Assembly: GCF_000009045.1 (NCBI RefSeq)
Contig: NC_000964.3
Coordinates: 2,480,001 to 2,544,000 of the forward strand
Reading direction: 5' to 3'
Source: Bacillus subtilis subsp. subtilis str. 168
Lineage (GTDB): Bacteria; Bacillota; Bacilli; Bacillales; Bacillaceae
DNA length: 64,000 nucleotides
Part shown: positions 51,718 to 61,050 of the stretch, one piece after another
Layout of the letters: each line of letters starts with the position of its first letter
How positions within the stretch are numbered: the first letter of the stretch is position 1
Position numbers and translations under genes: made by a program
The notes under the pieces: model-generated
Databases searched by the model: none
Told to the model about the DNA's origin: nothing
What the model saw: the letters and a program-made list of their open reading frames with translations, nothing else

Positions 51718-52197
51718 TTACTCCGCTTTTACAAGAAATAGAGGTTGTCCGTATTCGACCAGCTGGCCGTTTTCTACTAATACTTCAACGATTTCGCCTT
51801 TCACTTCTGCTTCGATTTCGTTGAAAAGCTTCATCGCTTCTACAATGCAGACAACTGTGTTTTCATTTACTTTTGAACCGGCTGTTACATACGGGCCAGC
51901 TTCCGGTGATGAAGAAGCATAAAATGTTCCTACCATTGGTGAAGTGATTTTATGCAGATTCTCATCTTGCTTTGGTGCTTCTTGGGCAGGTGCCGCTGCT
52001 TGCTGCGCTTGCGGCTGAACTGCCTGCGGAGCCTGTGCTTGTACAGGTGCTGCCGGTGCCTGCTGCATGACTTGAACCGTGCCTGCTTCGTGTTTTTTCA
52101 GTTTTAAGGATACACCTTCATTTTCATATACGAATTCGTCAATTGTAGACTCGTCAATTGCTTTAATCAGCTCGTGGATTTCTTTGATATTTAACAT
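51718..52197 (-). CDS. accB: Biotin carboxyl carrier protein
   Basis: EAMKL biotinylation motif; Ala/Pro/Gln-rich linker. Confidence 0.97.
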
Positions 52198-52264
52198 TCA
52201 ATCGCACTCCTATGTATGAAATTTCTTTTTTTATAGGTTACTACTAAAAGTACATACTATGTTC

Positions 52265-52293
52265 ATCTTACAGGAGCGGACTTTTGAATTCAA
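52265..52293 (-). promoter_or_regulatory. Putative SigA promoter of accB-accC-yqhY
   Basis: TTGAAT-17-TAAGAT. Confidence 0.6.
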
Positions 52294-52313
52294 CTCTAAT
52301 ATGACAGCAACGC

Positions 52314-52343
52314 AAAAAGCCCGCTTGTTTAGCGGGCTTTTTT
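52314..52343. terminator. Terminator after spoIIIAH
   Basis: aaaaagcccgct/agcgggcttttt. Confidence 0.85.
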
Positions 52344-52352
52344 CCCTCATTC

Positions 52353-53009
52353 TTATTTAGAGGGTTCAAATGTGACAGCGACATCTTTCATTGTTTTGAT
52401 TTCTTTTGCCACAAGGTCTATAATGGCTGTCGCCTTCGATTTAGAGTGTTTGTCTGATTTGACTGTAATATTGATTTTATCTCCTTCAGCATTAACAAGC
52501 GCATCCTCGTAACCTTGTGTTTTAATCAGCGTTTCCAGCTGTTTTTCTGTTCCTTCCACTTCACTGAGAGCCGTCATTTTATCGTATGCTTCGCTTTTCT
52601 CCTTGGCTGTTGCATCATCGCTTGACACAATGGCATTCAGCTCTTCTCTTTCTTTGCTTCTGGCATCTTCTAAATCAAGACGGTACGTTGTAAACAAATC
52701 ATCATCGGCTGTTTCCGTAACAACAGTTCCTTTTTCACTGGCTTCAGCGGATGTTTCCTTGTCTGCTGATGAATCTTTCGTTCCCTTTGTTCCATCTTCT
52801 TTTCCTTTTTCAGTTTCTGTACCGCTTTTTTCCTTCGTGTCTTGCTTGGCAGGCGCTTTTTCAGTTGCGACCTCTCCGCTGTCAGACGCGCTTTTTTCAC
52901 TTTGCATCTGCACGGCGTTTTTGCTTTCCGGCGACATGATATAGTAGACGCTTAACACCACGACAAGACTGAGCATTGTTAATAGCCAAACGGTTTGTTT
53001 TTTAAGCAT
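52353..53009 (-). CDS. spoIIIAH: Stage III sporulation protein AH
   Basis: MLKKQTVWLLTMLSLVVVLSVYY N-terminal anchor; operon position. Confidence 0.95.
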   Translation of the reverse strand: MLKKQTVWLLTMLSLVVVLSVYYIMSPESKNAVQMQSEKSASDSGEVATEKAPAKQDTKEKSGTETEKGKEDGTKGTKDSSADKETSAEASEKGTVVTETADDDLFTTYRLDLEDARSKEREELNAIVSSDDATAKEKSEAYDKMTALSEVEGTEKQLETLIKTQGYEDALVNAEGDKINITVKSDKHSKSKATAIIDLVAKEIKTMKDVAVTFEPSK

Positions 53010-53699
53010 TTATGAATCCTCCTTTATTTTTTTAGGGGCAACCGCAACCCGGTGGCTTGGAACATCCAGGACCCGTGTCACCGCTTCGATAATGGTTTGT
53101 TTTATTTGAACGTTGTCCACTCCTTGAGCAACAACGAGTACACCGCGTATATCAGGTTTTTTCGTTTGGACGACGACAGGTGTTTCTTTATCGCCGTTTT
53201 TGATCATGACGATTTCTTCCTCCGATGATTGGTCTGTAACGCTTCTTTTTCCGCCTTCTTTGTCAGTTTCTTCAGTGGTTGTATTTTTGTTTGATTTGTT
53301 TTTTTCGTATACTTTCAGCGACGTTGCATCTACATTCACGACAACCGAGACATCGTCCACACCAATGATTGTTTCAAGAATTTCTTTCAGTTGATTTTCG
53401 TATTCTTTTTCATAGTCATCGATCGAGTCTTTAGGTTTATCAGATTTTGAGGCTTTAAACACTTCGGCTGTTTTCTCTTTGCTGTCTGCGGAATGTTGTG
53501 ATGATACGGCCGTTATCGTTTTGGCGTTTTCAGTTTTCTCAGGTGAAGAAAACAGCTGGCTGACAAGCATAAAGGAAACTCCGAGAACAAAAACGAATAG
53601 AAAGTAATGATATTTGGTCAGCTTCGGCTTTTCGCCGTCCTTCGTTTGTCCCGGAAGAAACTGCTTTTTCAATACATTCCATAATCCGTTTTTATTCAT
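53010..53699 (-). CDS. spoIIIAG: Stage III sporulation protein AG (229 aa)
   Basis: GVDDVSVVVN, GVLVVAQG; start ATG 53699. Confidence 0.94.
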   Translation of the reverse strand: MNKNGLWNVLKKQFLPGQTKDGEKPKLTKYHYFLFVFVLGVSFMLVSQLFSSPEKTENAKTITAVSSQHSADSKEKTAEVFKASKSDKPKDSIDDYEKEYENQLKEILETIIGVDDVSVVVNVDATSLKVYEKNKSNKNTTTEETDKEGGKRSVTDQSSEEEIVMIKNGDKETPVVVQTKKPDIRGVLVVAQGVDNVQIKQTIIEAVTRVLDVPSHRVAVAPKKIKEDS

Positions 53700-54312
53700 T
53701 GCCGACACTCTCCCCGCCTTCCATATGAACCGTAATTTTCTCACTTCCGATTTCCCAAATGTCCGCGAGCTGCGTTTGTATCTGTTTGGCTTCTTTTTGT
53801 TCGGCTGCTTCTTTTGTTACGTATGCATGATCTGTATCAATGTGGACCGGCGCGACCGTTTGGACCGTTTTTTCAGAAGACGGGGCCATATACACGCTGA
53901 TTGTTTTAATATCCTCTTCTGAATCTACCTTTTCTCCTGCCGTGAGTTTGATGCGGCCTACTTTATATTCATCATGACTGAATCTCTCCTCCGCTTTCTT
54001 TTTTAGTTGGACAGCCATTTCTTCTAGAATATATGCGCGCTGGGAAGCTTGTATTTCTATTTTTTTTGAATTGATTTGATTTTTTATGTCGGCAGACTCT
54101 GACTGCCCGTTTTTTGTGAGGTATTCAAAGATGACTTCGGGGTCTGTCTTGAAAAGTTTAAAAATCGGCGTAAGCATGACGACAATCAAGAGCAGGCTGA
54201 CTACCATTTTTGCGTACTTTTGCATGCTGGAGCTCGGCAGCAGCATATCAATCACAATTGCAAATAGGATAAACAACACGATGGTGGTAAGCCATTCCGT
54301 TAAAAAACTCAT
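53692..54312 (-). CDS. spoIIIAF: Stage III sporulation protein AF
   Basis: LLPSSSMQKYAKMVVSLLLI. Confidence 0.94.
   Translation of the reverse strand: MSFLTEWLTTIVLFILFAIVIDMLLPSSSMQKYAKMVVSLLLIVVMLTPIFKLFKTDPEVIFEYLTKNGQSESADIKNQINSKKIEIQASQRAYILEEMAVQLKKKAEERFSHDEYKVGRIKLTAGEKVDSEEDIKTISVYMAPSSEKTVQTVAPVHIDTDHAYVTKEAAEQKEAKQIQTQLADIWEIGSEKITVHMEGGESVGNE
53818..53845 (-). promoter_or_regulatory. Candidate internal SigE promoter (P2) inside spoIIIAF driving spoIIIAG-AH
   Basis: CCACATT-13-CATACGTA; an internal SigE promoter is known for this operon, but the exact placement here is my inference. Confidence 0.4.
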
Positions 54313-54325
54313 TTGCCTGCCTCCT

Positions 54326-55525
54326 TCATTTCATCATCATCGTGAGGTTTCCGGCTGTGATTATGACAGTAAGGCTTAAAAAAAACATGAGAGACACAAT
54401 GGCGAGAGCTGCAAAAATATAAATGACGCTTTTGCTGATGACGTCGAGGCAGGTGATGACGGGCCCGCCTCCTAGCGGCTGAAGAATCGCGGCTGCCAGC
54501 TTATAAATAAAAGCGAGGGAAAGCACTTTGATTGCCGGAAATGCCGCAATACAGATCAAAATAGCGACACCGAGAATCCCTACCGTATTTTTCAGCAGTA
54601 AAGAGGCGCTGATTACTGTATCTGTTGCGTCTGTAAACATTCGGCCAAGCACAGGAATAAAATTTCCGGTTATAAATTTAGCCGTCCTGAGCGTAATGCC
54701 GTCTGTCACTGCAGCTGACGCTCCCTGAACAGAGATGACGCCGAGAAAGATGGTAAGAAAAACAGCCAGTGCTCCGATGGCGATATTTCTGAGCAGGTTA
54801 GCCAGCTGCGTTACTTTGTATTGTTCAGTCATCGTGCTGACAATGCTCAGAATCGCTGATAAAAAAATCAGCGGCATGACGATATTCTGAATCAAGAGAC
54901 CGCTCGTGTTCATCAGGAAGAGGATAACAGGATGAAAGAAGGCAGCAGATACAGCTCCGCCTGAGGAAGCCAAAAGCGCCAAGAGGAGCGGAATGAGCGC
55001 CAGGATAAAGCTGGTCATCGTCTGAATCGCCTCAGTTGCATAGTTAATTGCCACATGAAAGCTATTAAGCGCAAGGATAATCAGCACCATGTACACAATT
55101 GAGTAAGCGACCTTACTGACGGTGCTTTGCTGAAAAGCATTTTGCAAAAGCTGCAGAATGACGCAAAAAATCGTGAGCAAAATCAATGTGCCCAGCAGCT
55201 TTCCGTTGGCAAGCACTTCATGAAACAAATAAGAAAAGAGAGCTTTCAGCCATTCTTGCGGTGAGAATGATTTATCGCCATTGATAAACTCCATTAAGCT
55301 GCCTTTTTGGCTTTCCGGCAGCAGTCCGCCGTATTCTGTCATAATGTCATTCCAAAATTCCCCGATCTTATCTGTTTCAAGCGAGGCTGCTGTCCTTTCC
55401 GCTAATTGCTCGGCTGTTTCAGCATGGTCTTCCGTTTGTTCTGCATTACCAGCTGCTTGTACAATTTCTGCACGGCCTGCTATGATCAGCACGGCCAAAA
55501 GCAAAACCCATTGAAAGCGCTTCAA
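54326..55525 (-). CDS. spoIIIAE: Stage III sporulation protein AE (TTG start)
   Basis: Polytopic membrane protein; TAKFITGNFIPVLG. Confidence 0.94.
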   Translation of the reverse strand: MKRFQWVLLLAVLIIAGRAEIVQAAGNAEQTEDHAETAEQLAERTAASLETDKIGEFWNDIMTEYGGLLPESQKGSLMEFINGDKSFSPQEWLKALFSYLFHEVLANGKLLGTLILLTIFCVILQLLQNAFQQSTVSKVAYSIVYMVLIILALNSFHVAINYATEAIQTMTSFILALIPLLLALLASSGGAVSAAFFHPVILFLMNTSGLLIQNIVMPLIFLSAILSIVSTMTEQYKVTQLANLLRNIAIGALAVFLTIFLGVISVQGASAAVTDGITLRTAKFITGNFIPVLGRMFTDATDTVISASLLLKNTVGILGVAILICIAAFPAIKVLSLAFIYKLAAAILQPLGGGPVITCLDVISKSVIYIFAALAIVSLMFFLSLTVIITAGNLTMMMK

Positions 55526-55543
55526 TCTACCGCCTCCTTTCGG

Positions 55544-55945
55544 TTATGACATAGAAGGTATAAGTCCGAGAATCGTTTCGATAATGACGGTTAAAATAGG
55601 CACAGCCATTACGAGTATTAAAATTTTCCCCGCCAATTCTATTTTCGAGGCGATGGCTCCTTGACCGGCATCTTTTGTGAGCTGTGCCCCGAATTCAGCA
55701 ATATAGGCGATTCCGATAATCTTTAAAATGGTTTCAACATAGACCATGTTGACATTTGCATTAATCGCAATTTTTTCTATCATTCGAATAATGTCGTAGA
55801 TTTGGTCTACCAAATAAAGAAAAATGGCACATCCGGCAAAAACGACGATTAAAAACGCAAAAGTCGGCTTTTGTTCTTTTACAATTAAAGAAAGGAAGGT
55901 GGCGATCAGCCCTAAACCTACAATTTGAACAATGTCAATCTGCAA
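55544..55945 (-). CDS. spoIIIAD: Stage III sporulation protein AD
   Basis: LKIIGIAYIAEFGAQLTKDAG. Confidence 0.94.
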   Translation of the reverse strand: MQIDIVQIVGLGLIATFLSLIVKEQKPTFAFLIVVFAGCAIFLYLVDQIYDIIRMIEKIAINANVNMVYVETILKIIGIAYIAEFGAQLTKDAGQGAIASKIELAGKILILVMAVPILTVIIETILGLIPSMS

Positions 55946-55951
55946 GCCCCC

Positions 55952-56158
55952 CTATCCTTGGAATAAAAACACAGCTTTTATCTTTTTAAATAGGTCATCT
56001 ACAATCGTGGCGACCATAAATAAAATATAGATAAAACCTAACAGCGTCACCCACTGAGCATATTCTTTCTTGCCCATCTGATCCAATATCGTGTGTAAAA
56101 AAGCGACCACGATTCCCACTCCGGCGATTTGAAATATGACATTCACGTCTACTCCCAT
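55952..56158 (-). CDS. spoIIIAC: Stage III sporulation protein AC
   Basis: IFQIAGVGIVVAFLHTILDQMGK. Confidence 0.94.
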   Translation of the reverse strand: MGVDVNVIFQIAGVGIVVAFLHTILDQMGKKEYAQWVTLLGFIYILFMVATIVDDLFKKIKAVFLFQG

Positions 56159-56180
56159 TTTATTTTTGCTCCCCTCACGT

Positions 56181-56696
56181 TTACATCAATAGAAGAATGA
56201 GTAACAAGCCCGCTAAAAAGCCCAAACTTTTTATCATCTTTTCGTTTTTCGCTTGCGCCTGCTCAGCATCCGCTTCTGAGGCTTCCAAATGTGTCAGCGC
56301 CAGCTTGATGTGCTTTTGCTGAGAGATTCGATCATGAATCCCAAGCGTCTCGCCAAACTGCTTCAGCACTTCGTATTCGCTTTTTTTCAAAGACAGGGTG
56401 TCCCATACCTTCTTTAAGCTTTGCTCCCACGCCGTTTTCGCGGAATCACTTCCCTTGTCCAGCTGATCACTGAATGCGGAAAAAAGAGTTGAAACAGGCT
56501 GTGCGAGCTGTTTGGCAATCTGCTGTGAAGCAGTATGAAGCGGTGTATGGCCGTACATGATTTCAGCCTCGAGGGATTGAAGCGCCGCACGCAGCTGGCG
56601 GATTTGCCGCGGCCGTTCTGTATAAATCTTCGCCATCTCAAAACCTGTCCATGTTGTCGCTACCACAATGAATACAGCGCCCAGCAGCTTCAGCAT
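56181..56696 (-). CDS. spoIIIAB: Stage III sporulation protein AB
   Basis: LQSLEAEIMYGHTPL. Confidence 0.94.
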   Translation of the reverse strand: MLKLLGAVFIVVATTWTGFEMAKIYTERPRQIRQLRAALQSLEAEIMYGHTPLHTASQQIAKQLAQPVSTLFSAFSDQLDKGSDSAKTAWEQSLKKVWDTLSLKKSEYEVLKQFGETLGIHDRISQQKHIKLALTHLEASEADAEQAQAKNEKMIKSLGFLAGLLLILLLM

Positions 56697-57613
56697 GTTT
56701 TCACGCCCGTCGTCCTAGACAGCACATTTCCGTCTTTGTCATAAATTTGGCTCACTGTGCCCGGCCCTTTTGCTCTTGATAATTCCAAATAGCGGTCAAA
56801 GGCTCTTTCTTCCCACAAACGCTTCAATGAAGGCCGCTTCATCAGGTCGGATATACTCCAGCCATGCGCCGATACGATTACTGAAACACCGGCATGCAGC
56901 GCCTCCAGAAGTGCATCTGTATCTTCCATACGCCCGATTTCATCGACAATCATCACCTCAGGGCTCATGGATCGAATCATCATCATCAGCCCTTCAGCTT
57001 TTGGACAGGCGTCTAACACGTCAATTCTCTGACCAAATTGATGCTGCGGAATACCGCGAAGACATCCGGCAATCTCTGACCGTTCATCGACGATCCCTGT
57101 CTTTACGGGCAGCATGTTTTTTTTGCCGGTGCTTGAGAGCCTCGCAAGGTCCCGGAGAAGTGTTGTTTTGCCGGTTTGGGGCGGTCCGATAATCAGCGTA
57201 TTCAGCCAGCTGTTTTGATATAAGTATGGAAGCAGCGGCTCCGCAATCCCCAGCTTTTGCCGGGCAATTCGTATATTAAAAGATGCGATGTCACGGAGGC
57301 CTTTCACACCTCCGTTTTCCGTAATGACTCTGCCCGCCAGTCCGACTCTGTGGCCGCCTCTGATCGTGACATACCCTTTCTTCAGCTCTTCTTCAAGTGT
57401 ATACATACTATAGTTGCTGAGCCGGCTCAGGATCAGATGGGCATCCTCGGCCGTGCCCGCATAGGACAAATAAACAGGTTGTCCTCTTCGAATCAATTCA
57501 ACAGGGCGGTTGATCCGAATTCTGACTTCTTCGATTTCCAGCCATTGTTGTTCCGGTATTTCAGAAAGGGCGTTTTTCATGGATTCAGGGAGAACCTCAG
57601 CGATTTCATTCAA
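56690..57613 (-). CDS. spoIIIAA: Stage III sporulation secretion-type ATPase AA
   Basis: GPPQTGKTT, VDERSEIAG, IVDEIG. Confidence 0.96.
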   Translation of the reverse strand: MNEIAEVLPESMKNALSEIPEQQWLEIEEVRIRINRPVELIRRGQPVYLSYAGTAEDAHLILSRLSNYSMYTLEEELKKGYVTIRGGHRVGLAGRVITENGGVKGLRDIASFNIRIARQKLGIAEPLLPYLYQNSWLNTLIIGPPQTGKTTLLRDLARLSSTGKKNMLPVKTGIVDERSEIAGCLRGIPQHQFGQRIDVLDACPKAEGLMMMIRSMSPEVMIVDEIGRMEDTDALLEALHAGVSVIVSAHGWSISDLMKRPSLKRLWEERAFDRYLELSRAKGPGTVSQIYDKDGNVLSRTTGVKTC

Positions 57614-57649
57614 CAGAGCCTCCTCCTTTCTACCGATTGGCTTCTTTAA

Positions 57650-57678
57650 AATGTATGATGTGAGGCAGACTTTATGAC
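57650..57678 (-). promoter_or_regulatory. SigE promoter of spoIIIA
   Basis: GTCATAAA-13-CATACATT. Confidence 0.8.
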
Positions 57679-57688
57679 AAGCCTCTCT

Positions 57689-57970
57689 TTATTTATGAAC
57701 ACCCGCCAAAATCAAGACAACACCCGTAAAAATCAGAATCAGCTTTGCATACGAAAGCTGCCCGGCAATTTGGTAGATTCCGACAGTCATTGTAATGATA
57801 AAAATCAACGGACCGACAATAGCGAGAATGCTGTTAACCACAACCGCCTTCCGGACATCGTTGGTCACAAGCATGACAATTGCTGCCGTCAGCTCAATCA
57901 TAGAGGATAAAACTCGTAATCCCGCCATTGTTAAAACAGTAGAATTGATATTTCCAAGTAAAAATTTCAT
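57689..57970 (-). CDS. yqhV: Small membrane protein (DUF2619-like, 93 aa)
   Basis: LRVLSSMIELTAA; three hydrophobic segments; start ATG 57970. Confidence 0.85.
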   Translation of the reverse strand: MKFLLGNINSTVLTMAGLRVLSSMIELTAAIVMLVTNDVRKAVVVNSILAIVGPLIFIITMTVGIYQIAGQLSYAKLILIFTGVVLILAGVHK

Positions 57971-58069
57971 AGCACTCTCCCAACCTCCCATTTTTTTATA
58001 TGATATGCTCTAGCTTGCTGAAGTAGTCTTGTCATTTTCGTATAAAAGAAAGATTCTGTTTTTGGGCAC

Positions 58070-58110
58070 AAAAAAAGCCTGCTCCCATTTGGGAACAGAC
58101 TTCTTTTTTT
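58070..58110 (-). terminator. Terminator after efp
   Basis: Imperfect stem flanked by A- and T-runs immediately after the efp stop. Confidence 0.6.
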
Positions 58111-58114
58111 CTTT

Positions 58115-58672
58115 CTATGCTCTTGAAACGTAAGAACCGTCTGATGTATTGACAACAAGTGTGTCGCCTTCATTCACAAAGAACGGCACGTTTACAACAA
58201 GCCCGGTTTCAGTTTTCGCAGGTTTTGTACCGCCTGACGCTGTATCACCTTTAATACCAGGTTCAGTTTCAACAACTTTCAGCTCAACTGTGTTTGGAAG
58301 TTCGATACCAAGTGTTTCATCCTGGTACATCATGATATGCACAGACATGTTTTCTAGCAGGTATTTTAATTCTTCTTCGATTTGAGTTGCGCTCAGTTCA
58401 AGCTGCTCATAAGAAGAAGTATCCATAAATACGTGCTGATCTCCGTTTGCATATAGATATTGCATTGTTTTGGTTTCGATTTGCGCTTTCGCTACTTTTT
58501 CACCAGCGCGGAATGTTTTTTCCTGAATCGCGCCAGTGCGAAGGTTGCGGAGTTTAGAGCGGACAAATGCCGCACCTTTTCCAGGTTTTACGTGCTGGAA
58601 GTCAACGACGCGCCAAATGCCGCCATCTACTTCAATTGTTAATCCTGTACGGAAATCGTTAACTGAAATCAT
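58115..58672 (-). CDS. efp: Elongation factor P (185 aa)
   Basis: [12 protein letters not shown] loop; start ATG 58672 after SD aggagg. Confidence 0.97.
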
Positions 58673-58696
58673 GTTTAATGTCCTCCTATATTCCAA

Positions 58697-59758
58697 TCAC
58701 AAAATAATAAGTTCTTTTGGGGAATGGGTGATTGTCCGGTTGCCGTTTTCTGTAATCACGATGTCATCTTCAATGCGGACACCGCCTGTTTCTGGTATGT
58801 AAATGCCCGGCTCCACTGTGACCACCATACCCGGTTCAAGGATAGCTGAAGATCTGACGGATAATCCCGGCGATTCATGAACTTCCATGCCGAGCCCGTG
58901 CCCGGTTGAATGGCCGAAATAGTCACCGTAGCCTTTTGCAGCAATATGATCCCTTGTGAGGGCGTCAGCCTCTTTTCCTGTCATTCCCGGCTTAATATGT
59001 GCGACGCCAAGCGCCTGAGCATCAAATACAACCTGATAGATCTCCTTCAATTGATCACTGGGCTGACCTACAGCGACCGTCCGGGTAATATCAGAACAAT
59101 ATCCTTTATAATAAGCGCCAAAATCAAGCGTAACAAGGTCTCCGCTTTCAATCAGTTTGTCACTGGCCACACCGTGCGGAAGGCTTGAACGAAGGCCTGA
59201 GGCGACAATCATATCAAAAGAAGAGCTGTCTGCTCCCTGGCTTCTCATATAAAACTCCAGCTCATTGGCAACAGCGATTTCAGAAATGCCGGGTTTCATA
59301 AACGTCAAGATATGTCTGAAGGCATCATCTGCAATCTTCGCAGCTTCCTCTAATATCTTAATCTCTTCACTAGACTTAATCAAGCGCAACTTTTCCACGG
59401 ATTCAGCCACAGGCACTAATTCGGCATCACTGATAACGGCGCTGTATGAAGCGTAAGTGCCATATGTCATGCTGTTCTGTTCAAAGCCGAGACGCTTGAT
59501 GCCAAACGATTCAACAGTGTCGGCAGTGGTCTGAATCAAGCTGCCGCCATGTTCAATGATCTCAAAACCCTTTACCTGAACCTTCGCCTGCTCAGTATAA
59601 CGAAAATCCGTAATAAACGCTGCTTTGTCACCCGATATAACAGCCAAACCCGCCGAACCTGTAAACCCTGTCATATAGCGTACATTAGTGTTGCTTGTAA
59701 TCAGCATGCCGTCAATTCCCAGCTGTCCAAACAGGTTTCTTAATTTCTCTAGCTTCAT
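58697..59758 (-). CDS. papA: Xaa-Pro aminopeptidase, M24 family (yqhT)
   Basis: DFGAYYKGYCSDITRT, HSTGHGLGMEVHE, TVEPG, RIEDD. Confidence 0.93.
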   Translation of the reverse strand: MKLEKLRNLFGQLGIDGMLITSNTNVRYMTGFTGSAGLAVISGDKAAFITDFRYTEQAKVQVKGFEIIEHGGSLIQTTADTVESFGIKRLGFEQNSMTYGTYASYSAVISDAELVPVAESVEKLRLIKSSEEIKILEEAAKIADDAFRHILTFMKPGISEIAVANELEFYMRSQGADSSSFDMIVASGLRSSLPHGVASDKLIESGDLVTLDFGAYYKGYCSDITRTVAVGQPSDQLKEIYQVVFDAQALGVAHIKPGMTGKEADALTRDHIAAKGYGDYFGHSTGHGLGMEVHESPGLSVRSSAILEPGMVVTVEPGIYIPETGGVRIEDDIVITENGNRTITHSPKELIIL

Positions 59759-60201
59759 CTTGATTCTCCCCCTTGCTGGCTTAATAAGTAGCGAACAGCA
59801 AGCTTGTAGCCTTCAGCTCCAAGACCGACAATCTGCCCTTTCGCAACAGGAGCGATAACCGACTGATGCCTGAATTCTTCCCTGGCGTATAAGTTTGATA
59901 AATGCACCTCTACCACAGGAAGACTGATGCTTGAAACAGCATCCCTGATCGCATAGCTGTAATGACTCAGGGCGCCGGGGTTCAGAACAATCCCGCTGTA
60001 TTGCTCCTCAGCCTCATGTATCGCATCTATCAAATCACCTTCGTGATTAGACTGGAAGAAAGTGAGCTGGATATGTAAGGCTTCAGCAAACTGAAAAAGA
60101 TCTGTTTCAATATCGGTCAGTGTCTGGCGGCCGAATACTTCAGGCTCACGACTCCCAAGCCGGTTAACATTCGGTCCGTTCAAAATCAAAAAATGAGGCA
60201 C
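59755..60201 (-). CDS. yqhS: Type II 3-dehydroquinate dehydratase homologue (AroQ-like, GTG start)
   Basis: LNGPNVNRLG, NPGALSHYS, EVHLSN. Confidence 0.9.
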   Translation of the reverse strand: MPHFLILNGPNVNRLGSREPEVFGRQTLTDIETDLFQFAEALHIQLTFFQSNHEGDLIDAIHEAEEQYSGIVLNPGALSHYSYAIRDAVSSISLPVVEVHLSNLYAREEFRHQSVIAPVAKGQIVGLGAEGYKLAVRYLLSQQGGESR

Positions 60202-60287
60202 ACAATCTCTCCTTTTCGCGAGGGTTTCTCATGTAAAAAATGTTCACTTCTCGTGAACATTTTATCATACTGGAAAAGGATTATACA

Positions 60288-60824
60288 CTATTCTCTATGC
60301 ATTCCCAGCGCACGTGCAAGCTTTTCCGAATTCAGCTCATTGTATTCAAATGAAATAGAATACCCGACAAACAGCCCGTAAAGCAAATAAATGCAAATGG
60401 TCGTAATAATTGTATCTGATGTCAGTTCGGTCACCGTGCGCACATCTGGAAAAATCGGATTAAAAACAAAAAACACGAGCAGCCAAAGCACCAAGCCGTA
60501 TAAAATACCCGGCCACATTGTTTTTAAACGTTTCAATAGAAGAAAATAAAGAAATGCTGCGCCAATTGAAATTACTCCAATCAAAATGATGCTGATTACC
60601 GTTCCCAGCCCATGTTTTTTCCACTCTCCGAGTACAAACGGCTGCAATATCATATTCGGGCTGATTTCGGAAAAATGAAACAAATATGCGATATAAGCAA
60701 CGAAACTCCAAAGTACGCCTCCGCAAAAACCTGTTGCCGCCACCCTGCCGGCCATTGAAACAGGCGGCTTTTGCTTCTCATTCAATTCTTCATTTTGTTC
60801 TGTATCTTTTTCGCTTGTCATCAT
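60288..60824 (-). CDS. yqhR: YqhR membrane protein (178 aa)
   Basis: Several TM segments; SD ggagg before ATG 60824. Confidence 0.85.
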   Translation of the reverse strand: MMTSEKDTEQNEELNEKQKPPVSMAGRVAATGFCGGVLWSFVAYIAYLFHFSEISPNMILQPFVLGEWKKHGLGTVISIILIGVISIGAAFLYFLLLKRLKTMWPGILYGLVLWLLVFFVFNPIFPDVRTVTELTSDTIITTICIYLLYGLFVGYSISFEYNELNSEKLARALGMHRE

Positions 60825-60894
60825 GGCACCTCCAGTTAAAGTGTGCCCAAAAAATGAAATGTCAATAAAAAAGCTCACACTTTTTGGCAGCTGC

Positions 60895-60920
60895 GAGTAA
60901 AATTTGAAAATAACGGGTAT
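60895..60920 (+). promoter_or_regulatory. Candidate SigB promoter of yqhQP
   Basis: GAGTAA-14-GGGTAT; strong -10, degenerate -35. Confidence 0.4.
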
Positions 60921-61050
60921 AATGCATGTAGAAAAAGCAAGGCTATGGCAATTTTTTCAGCCTGTCAATCTAGAGGTTTAGCGCTGTTTCCTGTACAATA
61001 GAGTGAAAGGAAATGGTTAGCAATCCTAAAGAAATAGGCAGGTTGATAAT

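Noticed and set aside
51960-52080. Repetitive GCA/CCT-rich tract in accB, and similar linkers in bkdB and spoIIIAH
   Set aside because: These are ordinary low-complexity Ala/Pro/Gln or Lys/Glu/Thr protein linkers, not DNA repeats.
52231-52261. FapR-like half site (TACTAA) in the accB leader
   Set aside because: The left half is TTATAG rather than TTAGTA (9/12 overall), and the nearby AGTA-CA-TACT has the wrong spacing; too degenerate to call.
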